Assembly: GCA_020632415.1 (NCBI GenBank)
Contig: JACKFO010000002.1
Location: forward strand, 578,732-642,731
Length of the DNA stretch: 64,000 nucleotides
Origin: Candidatus Nomurabacteria bacterium
GTDB taxonomy: Bacteria; Patescibacteriota; Patescibacteriia; UBA1558; GWA2-36-10
Reading direction: 5' to 3'
The notes beneath the pieces are model-generated. The model had not been told where the DNA came from. It worked only from the letters and a program-made list of their open reading frames with translations, and ran no database searches. Position numbers and translations under genes: made by a program. The stretch's first letter is position 1. Each line of letters starts with the position of its first letter. This document shows positions 1 to 9,831 of this stretch, piece after piece.

Positions 1-65
1 AAAGTCGTCAAGGCGATGACAACCATAACCACCTGCAACCAGAAAAGCTTGATCTTCGGATTCAT
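1..65 (-). CDS. Partial CDS running off the window edge: N-terminus MNPKIKLFWLQVVMVVIALTT (hydrophobic, signal/TM-like)
   Basis: ATG at 65..63 on the minus strand preceded by a strong SD (AAGGAGAGG). The frame stays open to the window edge. Confidence 0.35.
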   Translation of the reverse strand, partial: MNPKIKLFWLQVVMVVIALTT

Positions 66-324
66 GATCCTCTCCTTCGGAAATTGTTCGAGAGATTGTC
101 ACAGTGTGCAAACTAACTAACATCTAGTTAATCTAGACACTGTAACTATCCCTATTTTAATGAACATAATTAACATAGAAATATATCATATATTATTAAT
201 TTTGTCAATAGCTTGGCAAAGACCCTCTAAAAATAAGGTCTTTCCTTTACAACAAACAAAAACACCACATCACCCAACGCCCCATATGCGGTTCATAAAA
301 AAATAAAATGAAAGCCGCCTCTGC

Positions 325-723
325 TCAATGAGCTTTGGCGGCTTTGTTGATCAGGGATGCCAATCCAATACCACGAGACCCTTCAGCCTCGTCGATATGT
401 CGGATGATGACCCAACCATGAACATGGGGAACTCGCTGTCCGGCGACGGAACCTTGATTGTAGCTAAGATTAAAGTGCGCTCCTTCCTGAACCTCAGGAA
501 TTAGACGAAGTAGTTCTGCCACAGAGTTTTGCCAATTAACCGGAAGATCGAGTATTGATTCAATGTGCTGTTTGGGAATGATGAGGTAGCGTCCTTGCAT
601 AGGAATTCCATCGCTGTTGATGGCTACTACTAAGTAAGCGTCCTCTGTTTCATTTAAGATTGTTACTTTTCCATTCTTGATACAGAATGGGCATCCCTGG
701 ACTGTCTTTTGTGGCTTTTGCAA
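325..723 (-). CDS. HIT-family (histidine triad) nucleotide hydrolase
   Basis: 132 aa with an N-terminal CPFC motif and a histidine triad (PHVHGWVII). GC is ~47%, higher than the host. A GC-rich hairpin overlaps the stop (311-344) and is followed by a T-run on the minus strand. Confidence 0.7.
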   Translation of the reverse strand: MQKPQKTVQGCPFCIKNGKVTILNETEDAYLVVAINSDGIPMQGRYLIIPKQHIESILDLPVNWQNSVAELLRLIPEVQEGAHFNLSYNQGSVAGQRVPHVHGWVIIRHIDEAEGSRGIGLASLINKAAKAH

Positions 724-956
724 AATCCTGCCCTCCTTAGCCCATGATACGACCCATTCGTATCAGATTAATCAATATAACATAATTATTAAAATTAATC
801 AATACCAGACATAAACACACAGAACCCAAACATCACCCAACAGCGGATGCGAGACTCTTGAGCTTTTCTCTATATTTAAGGTAGAATAATAAATAGTAAA
901 GCTCAATCGTCCAAATCCCTCACTCGTCACGGTGGCTATAAATTAAATATAAAATT

Positions 957-1385
957 ATGCTTACAAAAAAATTTGCTTCATTATTAATCCTAGAAAAAGA
1001 AGGACAAATATTGCTCCTAAGAAGAAAAAATACAGGAGAAGAAGATGGAAATTATACCGTGCCTTCAGGAAAAGTTGAAGAAGGAGAGACTTTTACGGAG
1101 GCAGCTATCAGAGAAACTTTTGAAGAGGTTAATGCAAAAGTTCTTGCCAATGATATAAGTTCGGTTCATATTATTCAACGCAAACAAGGTGACGAATGTA
1201 TAATTGCCAACTTCTTTTTATCCTATAATTGGAACGGGGAAATTAAGAACGCAGAACCTCATAAATGTGATGACGTGCAATGGTTTGATATAAAAAATCT
1301 GCCAGATAACATGGTGCCTTTTGTAAAACATGCTTTAGAACAAATCTACTTTACGAAAAAAACATATTCAGAACTTGGATGGTAA
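957..1385 (+). CDS. NUDIX hydrolase
   Basis: Nudix box GKVEEGETFTEAAIRETFEEV (GX5EX7REUXEEXGU). Confidence 0.75.
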   Translation: MLTKKFASLLILEKEGQILLLRRKNTGEEDGNYTVPSGKVEEGETFTEAAIRETFEEVNAKVLANDISSVHIIQRKQGDECIIANFFLSYNWNGEIKNAEPHKCDDVQWFDIKNLPDNMVPFVKHALEQIYFTKKTYSELGW

Positions 1386-1516
1386 AAAAACCACAAACTA
1401 AGGTCGCGCTTATAAATATGTCATTTTAATTACTATAAAAATAATCACTTCCAATTGCTGATTTATTATTGAAATGCTATAATTTTCTCATAATTAAACA
1501 AACAAACAGCGTCTAC

Positions 1517-2083
1517 ATGAAAATATTATTTTTCAACAAAGCTTTAAGGATATTACTCTCTACCAATGCCCTGGCCTTAATGGCCGGAGCAATGCTCGGA
1601 CCAATCTATGCTCTGTTCGTCGAAAAAGTTGGTGGCGATTTAATGGACGCTAGTATTGCCGGCGGAATTTTTGCTTTTGTCGCAGGATTAACAACCCTAA
1701 TCTCTGGAAAATACAGCGATCGAATCAAACAAAATGAGCTCATCGTAGTCTTAGGATATTCGATTATGGGGCTTGGTTTCTTTTTATATTTTTGGGTTGA
1801 TTCTATTATTTTTTTATTTATTGTCCAGGCAATAATCGGACTTGGTGAAGCAATTTATTCCCCGGCTTTTGATGCTGTCTATTCCAAACACCTTGATGGC
1901 CATAAATCCGGCACTCAATGGGGCGCTTGGGAATCAATGAATTATTTTACCACAGCCATCGGTGCTGTAGTTGGTGGAGCAATCGTTACTTTCCTTGGTT
2001 TTCAAACATTATTTATTATCATGAGTTTATTTTGTTTCTCGGCCGCTTTTTATATTTACCATTTAAAAAGAAATGTGTTATAA
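1517..2083 (+). CDS. MFS-transporter N-terminal half only (6 TM, ~190 aa), possibly a truncated or split gene
   Basis: MFS motif A-like GKYSDRIKQNELIVV between TM2 and TM3, with six predicted helices. It ends at 2083 and no C-terminal half follows in any frame. Start moved to the internal ATG at 1517 (MKILFF). Confidence 0.5.
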   Translation: MKILFFNKALRILLSTNALALMAGAMLGPIYALFVEKVGGDLMDASIAGGIFAFVAGLTTLISGKYSDRIKQNELIVVLGYSIMGLGFFLYFWVDSIIFLFIVQAIIGLGEAIYSPAFDAVYSKHLDGHKSGTQWGAWESMNYFTTAIGAVVGGAIVTFLGFQTLFIIMSLFCFSAAFYIYHLKRNVL

Positions 2084-2100
2084 ATAATAAAATATTTACT

Positions 2101-2712
2101 ATGCTTCAAAAAATTAAAAAAAACCTTGATGTAATAGTCTACGTCATTTTACCTCTAATCCTGCTGACAATAACCATCTTTTTTCCTGAATACAGCCTAT
2201 TCAAACAATATGGGGAACTAGCCTGGCAACTATTAATTTTGGTTTTATTTATTAAGCCAATTATTTTGATCCTCGGCGTAAAACAACTCATGCCCCTCCT
2301 GACTTTTCGTCGAGAAATCGGCATTGCCACTTTTTGGTTTGCTATTTTTCATGCTGGCAACATGATTTATAATTTAAAAATGTACCAACTAAAAGATTAT
2401 TTGGGCTGGAACAATTTTGTTTTTTGGGGAGCACTTGCAATCATTGCTTACCTGATAGTTTCTGCTACCTCTAACAATCTAGCGATGCGTAAACTAAAAA
2501 GAAACTGGAAAAAAATCCAATCTCTTTCTTATTTTATTTTTAGTGCTGTCCTAATCCACATTGCTTTGATCGAAAAAGAAGAGGCTTGGGGATTCATTGC
2601 CTTATTTTTAGCTTATTGGATCCTAAAAATATTAGAATGGAAAAAATTTAAACTAAGTAATTTTGTTTTACAATTTATTAACAAAGATGAAAAAACCAAT
2701 CAAAATAGTTAA
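2101..2712 (+). CDS. Ferric-reductase-like transmembrane domain protein (MsrQ/YedZ-like heme-binding membrane protein)
   Basis: About 200 aa polytopic protein. His-containing helices (FWFAIFHAGNMIY, LIHIALI) resemble the MsrQ/YedZ family. The 5' extension in the ORF track (1918-2100) is out-of-frame overlap with the upstream gene. Confidence 0.4.
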   Translation: MLQKIKKNLDVIVYVILPLILLTITIFFPEYSLFKQYGELAWQLLILVLFIKPIILILGVKQLMPLLTFRREIGIATFWFAIFHAGNMIYNLKMYQLKDYLGWNNFVFWGALAIIAYLIVSATSNNLAMRKLKRNWKKIQSLSYFIFSAVLIHIALIEKEEAWGFIALFLAYWILKILEWKKFKLSNFVLQFINKDEKTNQNS

Positions 2713-2992
2713 CGAATTTCAAGAATTTTTAAAAGAATACAAGGTCCTTTCAGTGGCAATCGCCTTCGTCATGGGGCAAGCAGTCAATGATTTGATCAAA
2801 TCTTTTGTTAATCAAATTTTTATGCCTCTCTTATCACCGCTGCTACCAGCTGGTGGTTGGCAAAATGCTACTTGGACCTGGGGTAAGATAAATTTGGCTT
2901 GGGGATCATTTTTGGCAGCAGCAATAAACTTTGTTATCTTGGCTTTTATTATTTTTATTGTTGTCAAAAAATTACTCGCCAAAAAAGAATAG
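2687..2992 (+). CDS. mscL: Large-conductance mechanosensitive channel MscL
   Basis: Conserved MscL N-terminal signature and architecture: EFKEFLKEYKVLSVAIAFVMGQAVNDLIKSFVNQIFMPLL, a second TM helix, then a charged C-terminal tail. Confidence 0.8.
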   Translation: MKKPIKIVNEFQEFLKEYKVLSVAIAFVMGQAVNDLIKSFVNQIFMPLLSPLLPAGGWQNATWTWGKINLAWGSFLAAAINFVILAFIIFIVVKKLLAKKE

Positions 2993-3403
2993 CTATTTTT
3001 TCTTCAACTCAAAAATAATCAAACAAAACACGCCGATTGTAATGTAAGAATCGCTTAAATTAAAAATTGGCCAATAAGGCAGATTAATAAAATCTATCAC
3101 TCCGCCATAAATTAAACGATCCAAAATATTAGAAAAAGCTCCGATAATAATCAGGGCCAAAGGCCAGCTAACAATCTCCTGCTTCTGATAAGTTTTCTGC
3201 CACCAAAAGATTAAAAAAACTAAAATTAGAATCAACAAAGGCCAAAGAATGAAATTTAAAACCGGAATTGAGAAAGCAATGTCTCGATTTAAATAAAACT
3301 GCAAAAAATCACCCTCAAGTAAGGATGATTTTTTTAAAATATAAAGTTTTGTTAAACGATCAACAACAAATAAAGAAAAAAATGTTAAAAAATATTTAAA
3401 CAT
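2993..3403 (-). CDS. lspA: Lipoprotein signal peptidase (signal peptidase II)
   Basis: Four TM helices with LspA motifs (NRDIAFSIP, NILDRLIYGGVIDFINL, FNLSDSYI). Confidence 0.8.
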   Translation of the reverse strand: MFKYFLTFFSLFVVDRLTKLYILKKSSLLEGDFLQFYLNRDIAFSIPVLNFILWPLLILILVFLIFWWQKTYQKQEIVSWPLALIIIGAFSNILDRLIYGGVIDFINLPYWPIFNLSDSYITIGVFCLIIFELKKK

Positions 3404-3765
3404 TATAAAGATTTTTTCTTACACTCCATACAGGTCGAAGCAGAAGGAAAGGCCTCTAATCTTTTGGGATTTATCGGGGCACCACATTTATCACAAACAC
3501 CATAATCACCTTCTTCGATTTTCTTCAAACTTCGATTAACGTTAAACAAAGAAACTTCCAAGGCTTTTTCCATGGAAAGATTTTTTTCAAATACCGCTAC
3601 TTCGGCAGCATTTTCATCATCTTTATCGCCAAAATCTGGAAATTTTGCATCATAATCATCGTCAGTCACCTGCACAGCGTCAATGTTTAAGTCTTTTAAC
3701 AACTCCAACTTTCTTTTTTCCAAATCCTCTTTTCTGGCAGCAATAAAAGCAGCATCTAATTTCAT
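3403..3765 (-). CDS. DksA/TraR-family C4-type zinc-finger protein
   Basis: C-terminal CDKCGAPINPKRLEAFPSASTCMECKK four-Cys finger after a coiled-coil N-terminus. Its stop overlaps the lspA start. Confidence 0.7.
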   Translation of the reverse strand: MKLDAAFIAARKEDLEKRKLELLKDLNIDAVQVTDDDYDAKFPDFGDKDDENAAEVAVFEKNLSMEKALEVSLFNVNRSLKKIEEGDYGVCDKCGAPINPKRLEAFPSASTCMECKKKSL

Positions 3766-4401
3766 ATGTTTAACCTTTCTTAGGCTTAAAAACAACAATT
3801 TTTATTTTTAAGACTCTTTATTTAATATACTCTATATTAGCAGAAAAATCAGCAAAAATCAATGTCTGATTTACTAATTTTGACAATCATAAAAGGCGCA
3901 TCCCGCGCCCCATTATATATAAAATATTATTTATTGGGTGAGATGCGCCTATGTCTCTATCAACCACTTGTTTCCGATCCCAAAAGATCAGAATTGTTGG
4001 CAAGATTTTGGTTTGCAGAGACTAAACGCTTTGTCCTGACTCTAAAGCTGCCACTTTACCATATTGCTGGTTTTGATCTCCGCTATTTCTTTTTGATGCG
4101 AGGATAAACCTTTTTATATTTTTATTTTTATTTTATAGGTGAGAAGGGTCAGGGCCTTCTCTAATATTGAACATACAGTAAAATGGAAAGAACTATTCAC
4201 TAAATTTCTTTAACGAACAAGTCTTTAGGTTTTTCAAAGAGCTAATCACTTATCAACATAATAAGTATATCATATATTTTGACTTTCGTCAACGCTAAAG
4301 CTTGGCTAATTTTAGCAAAAATAATTTCTTATTAAAATATGTTTTGACAAGCTTGTAAAATTATATCAAAAATTATACACAAGTTATCCACAAATCAAAT
4401 T

Positions 4402-5736
4402 TTACCAACAAAATTGCCAGCCTTGCGAAGAATGATCATGATAAGCCATAAATTGCCAAAAATGATCAAACTCAACAAAGGTTTCTGGTAATTTTAAGCT
4501 TTCTAAAACACTTTGATCTAAAAATATCCACTGAGCAAGCTCTTTTTGTCCTTCTAGACAAGGAGCTATTTCGTCAGAAACAGCATTTTTACCCAAAGAA
4601 CCCAAAAGCTCAACTGAATTACTCAAATAATACAAACCGTCCTGCTCTAACAAGACCAAATTAGCTAATTGCCAAGCGTCTTGCTCAGGCCAAGCTAATT
4701 TTTGCCACTCTAGGTCAGCCAAAACCAACTCTTGATATAAAGTTCCGTCTGCTAAAGTACGACTCTCCTCTTTCAAAGGCAGGCTCTCTAAAAATAAAAC
4801 CACACTTGGACGCAAATCCTGGGGGCTGACTACTAAATATTGGCCCGCTTCATTTTCCCAAAGCAAAACTTGTTGATTTAAAAACTCATCTCGCTGTAAA
4901 TTTTGCACCGGCAAGCTCTGGAAAATTTCACTGGTCAAAAATGCTTGCCAAGAACTAGGTTCTAGGTCCTGAAAATCATCAAAGGCTAAAATTGCCCGTC
5001 CTTTTTTAGGGATCAAAGCCTGCTCCCAAGAAAAATTCTCCTCTGTTTTAGTTGCTTGATAAAAATTTATTTTATTTTGATCCAAATGAACAAAAAGACT
5101 TTCTTGATCAGACCAAGGAAAGCTTAGTTCAGCGCTCTTTTTGATCAAGACCTGAGACATTTCTGGAGACAAATACAAATTTACTCCGCTTTGGCCTTTG
5201 GCTAATAAAAATTTTTCCAAAACTAAAGCTTGAAATTTATCTTTTTGCTCAGACTCTGAACTCACCAAAAAAATCTGCTTAGTTAAAGCCGTTAATTTAA
5301 CGGTTGTTGTTCTTTGATTTAAAAAATTCAGCTCCTCTTTACTTAAAGCGCCTTTGATTTTTAACAAAAAATAATCTTGCTCGGTATCTTTCTTAAACCA
5401 AATCACCTCTTCTAGTAAAGCAGAATTTTCTTGCAGTAAATCTTGAATCTGCACTAATTTTTCTTGAGCAATTTGATAATTTAAACCTGGAAAATCAGCC
5501 TCTGAAAGCTTAAGTGCTCCTGGGTCAGCCCATTGCCAATAAAAACTAGTCTCTTCTGGCAAAAAATCAAAAGCTTGCAAGCTTGGTTTCAAAGAAAACC
5601 AAAAAGCCAACGACAAAACAACCAAAATTAAAGCCACTAAGTAGACCAGTGGCTGAAATTTTTTCTTTTCTTTCCCCGGCGTCAAGCTCTGCTCAACGCC
5701 GGCGGAATTATCTTTAACTAGCTCTAAAAAATCCAC
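4402..5736 (-). CDS. Hypothetical membrane-anchored protein (N-terminal TM, large extracytoplasmic domain)
   Basis: 444 aa with a single N-terminal TM (LVYLVALILVVLSLAFWF). No recognisable motifs. Lies upstream of pnp. Confidence 0.6.
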   Translation of the reverse strand: MDFLELVKDNSAGVEQSLTPGKEKKKFQPLVYLVALILVVLSLAFWFSLKPSLQAFDFLPEETSFYWQWADPGALKLSEADFPGLNYQIAQEKLVQIQDLLQENSALLEEVIWFKKDTEQDYFLLKIKGALSKEELNFLNQRTTTVKLTALTKQIFLVSSESEQKDKFQALVLEKFLLAKGQSGVNLYLSPEMSQVLIKKSAELSFPWSDQESLFVHLDQNKINFYQATKTEENFSWEQALIPKKGRAILAFDDFQDLEPSSWQAFLTSEIFQSLPVQNLQRDEFLNQQVLLWENEAGQYLVVSPQDLRPSVVLFLESLPLKEESRTLADGTLYQELVLADLEWQKLAWPEQDAWQLANLVLLEQDGLYYLSNSVELLGSLGKNAVSDEIAPCLEGQKELAQWIFLDQSVLESLKLPETFVEFDHFWQFMAYHDHSSQGWQFCW

Positions 5737-5739
5737 TGC

Positions 5740-7962
5740 TTATTTTTTAAACTTTTTAAAAAATGGTTTTTTATCTCCTGGACGAGAGAAATCATTCTTT
5801 GGTCTTTCTTCAAAAGCTCCCTCTGGACGAGGCAATAAAGCTTTGATTGACAAAGAGGTTCTATTTTTTTCTTTATCGATATCAACAACTTTAACTTTGA
5901 CCATGTCGCCGACGTTAATTTTGTCAGTGACCTTGTTAATTCTAGTATGATCAACTTCTGAAATGTGAACCATGCCATCTTTGCCAGGTAAAATTTCAAC
6001 AATTGCTCCAATCTCAGTGCCACGATTTTTATCTTTGACAATTTGAATCACCTTGCCATCGTAAATTTCACCAACCAAAACTTCTTTGACGATGTTCTCC
6101 ACCCAAGCCTTAGCTTTGGCAGCGCCTTCTTCGTCATGTGAAGTAATCATCACTGTACCATCTTGCTCAATGTCAATCGCCACGTTACATTTGTCAATAA
6201 TTTCATTGATCACCTTACCGCCAGTACCGATCACGTCTCTAATTTTATCTGGATCAATGTGCAAAGTATCAATGCGTGGAGCGTATTGAGATAATTCTTT
6301 GCGTGGCTCAGCAATAGCTTTAGCCATTACCTCCAAAATTTGCAAACGAGCAACTTTGGCTGCCTCTAAGGTTTCCTTGACCACCTGATAAGAAATACCA
6401 CCGAGCTTAATGTCTAACTGAATTGCTGTAATGCCATCTTTAGTACCAGCAACTTTGAAATCCATATGCCCAGAATGGTCTTCAATACCCTGAATATCAG
6501 TCAACAATTGATAATGATTAGGGTCTTGATCATCCAAAACCAAACCCATGGCGATTCCAGCAACTGGAGCCTTAATTGGCACGCCAGCATCCATCAAAGA
6601 TAGAGTCGAACCACAAATCGAAGCCTGTGAAGAAGAACCGTTGGAGCCCAAAACCTCAGAAACCACTCGGATCGTATAAGGAAAATCTCCATTTTCTGGT
6701 AAAACTGCTAACAAGGCTTTTTCGGCGAGTGCTCCATGACCAATTTCTCTTCGGCCTGGTCCACGAAGTGGTTTGACTTCACCAACTGAAAAACCTGGGA
6801 AGTTATAATGATGCATGTATTTTTTGGAACCAGACTCTTCCATGCCATCTAAGGTCTGTTCGTCTCCAGGCGAGCCTAAAGTAACGATTGATAAAACTTG
6901 AGTTTCACCACGAGTGAATAAACCACTGCCGTGAGTGCGCTTCAACAAAGCAACCTCAGCTGACAAAGGCCTGATTTCTTCAAAGCCACGACCATCAGGA
7001 CGTTGTTTTTTTTCTAAAACTAATTTTTTGAAAGCAAGCTCCAAAGCAGCATCAATCATGCTCAAGCCCATTGCTCGCATATCTTTAGAAACTTCACTAT
7101 CTTCTTTTAAAATTTCATTTAGCTCATCTTCGATAGCAACAATTGCCGCTTTCATCTTTGATTTATCAGGATCAAAACAAGCGCTTAAATCTTTTGTTTC
7201 TAAAAATTGATTTACTTTGTTTTTGACTAGCTCTTTTTCTTTATTTTGTTCAGGATCAATCACTGTTTCGCGCTTAGCTTGGCCAGCTTCTTTGATCACA
7301 CTTTCAACAAAACCAACTAATTTGGCAATATGTTTTCCAGCAAACTCAATTGCTTCAAACATGGTCTTTTCTGGAACTTGTTTAGCGCCGGCCTCAATCA
7401 TAATCACCTCTTTGGCAGAGCCAGCTACGAATAATTCTAAATCACTCTTAGCTTTTGCTTCAACGCTAGGATTAATCACCCATTCTTCGCCAATGTGACC
7501 AATGGAAACACCAGCCAAAGGACCGCCCCAAACAATCGGGGAAATACCCAAGGCAATTGAAGCTGCAATCACACTTGGAAAGTCCGGATCATTAATACCG
7601 TCATAAGACAAAACCGTAATTACTACCTGCACATCGTTTCGTTCTGATTCATTGAACAAAGGACGAATCGAACGATCAATCAAACGAGCAGTTAAAACTG
7701 CTTCATCAGTTGCTCGTCCTTCACGCTTGATAAAACGAGAACCTTTGATCTTACCAGCGGCATACAAACGCTCTTCGTAATCAACCATCAAAGGAAAATA
7801 ATCAATTCCTTCTCTTGGTTTGCTAGCTGAAACTGCGGTAGCCAAAACTACTGTCTCACCATAAGACACGGTACATGAACCGTGAGCCTGTTTGGCTAAC
7901 TTGCCAATCTCCACTTCTAAGTGTTGCCCACCAATTTCTGTACTAAATTTTTGAATAGACAT
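5740..7962 (-). CDS. pnp: Polynucleotide phosphorylase (PNPase)
   Basis: Full-length PNPase: two RNase PH domains, then KH and S1 domains (…VGDMVKVKVVDIDKEKNRTSLSIK). Classic rpsO-pnp arrangement. Confidence 0.95.
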   Translation of the reverse strand: MSIQKFSTEIGGQHLEVEIGKLAKQAHGSCTVSYGETVVLATAVSASKPREGIDYFPLMVDYEERLYAAGKIKGSRFIKREGRATDEAVLTARLIDRSIRPLFNESERNDVQVVITVLSYDGINDPDFPSVIAASIALGISPIVWGGPLAGVSIGHIGEEWVINPSVEAKAKSDLELFVAGSAKEVIMIEAGAKQVPEKTMFEAIEFAGKHIAKLVGFVESVIKEAGQAKRETVIDPEQNKEKELVKNKVNQFLETKDLSACFDPDKSKMKAAIVAIEDELNEILKEDSEVSKDMRAMGLSMIDAALELAFKKLVLEKKQRPDGRGFEEIRPLSAEVALLKRTHGSGLFTRGETQVLSIVTLGSPGDEQTLDGMEESGSKKYMHHYNFPGFSVGEVKPLRGPGRREIGHGALAEKALLAVLPENGDFPYTIRVVSEVLGSNGSSSQASICGSTLSLMDAGVPIKAPVAGIAMGLVLDDQDPNHYQLLTDIQGIEDHSGHMDFKVAGTKDGITAIQLDIKLGGISYQVVKETLEAAKVARLQILEVMAKAIAEPRKELSQYAPRIDTLHIDPDKIRDVIGTGGKVINEIIDKCNVAIDIEQDGTVMITSHDEEGAAKAKAWVENIVKEVLVGEIYDGKVIQIVKDKNRGTEIGAIVEILPGKDGMVHISEVDHTRINKVTDKINVGDMVKVKVVDIDKEKNRTSLSIKALLPRPEGAFEERPKNDFSRPGDKKPFFKKFKK

Positions 7963-8095
7963 AATGTCAATTTCCTTCAAGCAGAAAGATCTATGACAAC
8001 AAGCCTTAGACCCTTAATTAAGACATCTACTTAACTAATAGCCTATTGTCTGTTGTCAAAAACTTTTGCTTTGTTAATAATAATTTATTTTAAAT

Positions 8096-8126
8096 AGTCC
8101 TGCAGCCAGAAAATGACCGCAGGACT
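8096..8126 (-). promoter_or_regulatory. rpsO-pnp intercistronic hairpin (rpsO terminator / pnp leader processing site)
   Basis: AGTCCTGCAGCCAGAAAATGACCGCAGGACT has an 8-bp GC-rich stem. It sits right after the rpsO stop and ~115 nt upstream of the pnp start. In other bacteria this position carries an RNase III/autoregulatory hairpin. Confidence 0.5.
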
Positions 8127-8131
8127 AATTT

Positions 8132-8479
8132 TTATTCTTCAATTTCCTCTTCTTCCTCTTCAGTGACTTCTTCTTTTTCTAAATACTCTGCCATATTAAC
8201 CTGTTGACGTTTTGGCATCTTTAGTTTCAAAGCTTTAACTAATTTTGTAAAACGTTTTTCATCTTCTCTTTCTAAATAACGCATTAATTTATGTCTTAAA
8301 GCGACTTTAGCAAGCAAACCACGGCGAGAAGAAAAGTCTTTCTTGTGAGTTTTTAAGTGGTTGGTCAACTCTTTGATCTCTTCAGTCAAAATAGCAACCT
8401 GCACCTCTGTAGATCCAGTATCATTTTTGTGAGTACGATACTTTTCTACCAATTTTAACTTCTTTTTCTTGTCTAACAT
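8132..8479 (-). CDS. rpsO: 30S ribosomal protein S15 with an acidic C-terminal tail
   Basis: S15 signature (TGSTEVQVAILTEEIKELTNHLKTHKKDFSSRRGLL…) plus an unusual EEEEEEIEE tail. Confidence 0.9.
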   Translation of the reverse strand: MLDKKKKLKLVEKYRTHKNDTGSTEVQVAILTEEIKELTNHLKTHKKDFSSRRGLLAKVALRHKLMRYLEREDEKRFTKLVKALKLKMPKRQQVNMAEYLEKEEVTEEEEEEIEE

Positions 8480-8644
8480 ATTTTTTCTTTCACCTTAATC
8501 CGAGTAAGTAAGCTAATTTTAGACAGAATACAGCTTAAACCAAGACTAAGGACTTAATAATAATGTAAGGATATACTAACATTTTTAAAACAAAAAGTCA
8601 ATCCCGCATTTAACAAAAACTTTGAGCGTGCTAAAATATATTAT

Positions 8645-9442
8645 ATGACACAAAAAGAAAAAACAGCTTTAAAAAAATACGAGAAATACTTAAACAACAA
8701 AAAACTCCAAGCCTCTACCATCACTACTTATCTCTGGCACTTAGAAAAATTTTTTGCTTGGCTTAAGAATCAAAAATTAAGCACGGCTAAACTAAAAAAA
8801 TACCAAGAAGAACTACTAAAAAATCATTCTCATATAGCTAGCATCAATTTAAGATTGGTGATTCTTAATGATTTTTTAAAACTAGAAAAAAATTCCTGGC
8901 AATTTCCCCTCTTGAGCGCTGAAAAACAAAAAATTGAAATCCTAGATAAAAAACAATTAGATCAATTTTTAAATTCTCCAAAAAATCTGGAAAATATTTT
9001 AAATTTGCGAAATAAAGTTTTGTTGGAAATTTTATATTTTAGTGCTTTGAAAGTCAAAGAAATAGTACTTTTGAAAAAAGAAGATTTTGATCTAAAAAAT
9101 AATTTTTTATTATGGCAAAAGAAAAAAATAAAATTGCCCCAAGAGACAAAAAATTATTTACTCAAATATTTAAACAAAAGAATCGACGATTCTCCTTATT
9201 TATTTTTAAATTTTGACCGTGCCAAAAAAGATGAGCAACAACAACTCTCAATTCGTTCGGTTGAAAGAATTTTGGAAAAATACGCTCGTCAAATGCAGCC
9301 GATTTTGCGCATCACTCCACAAACTCTAAGGCACACCTTGGCTTATCATCTCAAACAAAATGGTGCGCAAGTCAAAGAAATCCAAAACGCCTTACATTTT
9401 CAAAGCTCAGTTGCTGCTCAAGAATATTTTAAAAAATTATAA
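8645..9442 (+). CDS. Tyrosine site-specific recombinase (Xer/phage-integrase family)
   Basis: C-terminal catalytic region LRHTLAYHLKQNGAQVKEIQNALHFQSSVAAQEY (R…HxxR…Y). AT-rich host-like codon usage. Lies immediately upstream of the GC-rich island. Confidence 0.7.
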   Translation: MTQKEKTALKKYEKYLNNKKLQASTITTYLWHLEKFFAWLKNQKLSTAKLKKYQEELLKNHSHIASINLRLVILNDFLKLEKNSWQFPLLSAEKQKIEILDKKQLDQFLNSPKNLENILNLRNKVLLEILYFSALKVKEIVLLKKEDFDLKNNFLLWQKKKIKLPQETKNYLLKYLNKRIDDSPYLFLNFDRAKKDEQQQLSIRSVERILEKYARQMQPILRITPQTLRHTLAYHLKQNGAQVKEIQNALHFQSSVAAQEYFKKL

Positions 9443-9738
9443 TGGCCAATAAATATCAAAATTTAAACCAAAGCCAAGCCGAATTAGATTTTCATGATTT
9501 TAGTGTCTTGACTAAAGAAGAGATTATTAAAATTACTGACGATTTTATCAATGACGCTCAAGAAAAAAGCTATCAGCGAATTAGCTTCATTGTTGGTCAA
9601 GGAAAACACTCTAAAAATGGCGCCGTGATCAAGCCATTATTGGAAAAATATCTTACTACTCATCCCGAAGTAAGTCGTGTCCAAAAAGGCAAATTTAATC
9701 AAGGAGGCGAAGGGGTTTTAGTGGTAGATTTAAGCTAA
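9442..9738 (+). CDS. Smr-domain protein
   Basis: ELDFHDFSVLTKEEII…RISFIVGQGKHSKNGAVIKP matches the Smr (MutS2 C-terminal-like) fold. Its start overlaps the recombinase stop. Confidence 0.6.
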   Translation: MANKYQNLNQSQAELDFHDFSVLTKEEIIKITDDFINDAQEKSYQRISFIVGQGKHSKNGAVIKPLLEKYLTTHPEVSRVQKGKFNQGGEGVLVVDLS

Positions 9739-9740
9739 AT

Positions 9741-9810
9741 AAAAACAGAGCTAAAAATTTTATTAAACGCCGTTCCAGCTAAAAACATAAAATTTTTAGT
9801 TCTGTTTTTT
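9741..9810 (+). terminator. Long imperfect inverted repeat (20-bp stem, 29-nt loop) downstream of the Smr gene
   Basis: AAAAACAGAGCTAAAAATTT … AAATTTTTAGTTCTGTTTTT, followed by a T-rich tract. It could be the Smr terminator or a recombination site at the island boundary. Confidence 0.45.
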
Positions 9811-9831
9811 AAATTTGTTAAAAAAATAAGA

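Noticed and set aside
1918-2100. 5' extension of the MsrQ-like ORF overlapping the MFS half gene
   Set aside because: It is out of frame with the MFS gene and reads as nonsense (MGRLGINELFYHSHRCCSWW…). A proper start, MLQKIKK, lies at 2101.
3862-4107. 81-aa ORF in the 600-bp gap
   Set aside because: No start context, low-complexity translation, and it spans predicted RNA hairpins. It is treated as a candidate ncRNA region instead.
5724-6041. 105-aa ORF overlapping the 3' end of pnp in another frame
   Set aside because: It lies entirely inside the well-supported PNPase reading frame and has no motifs.
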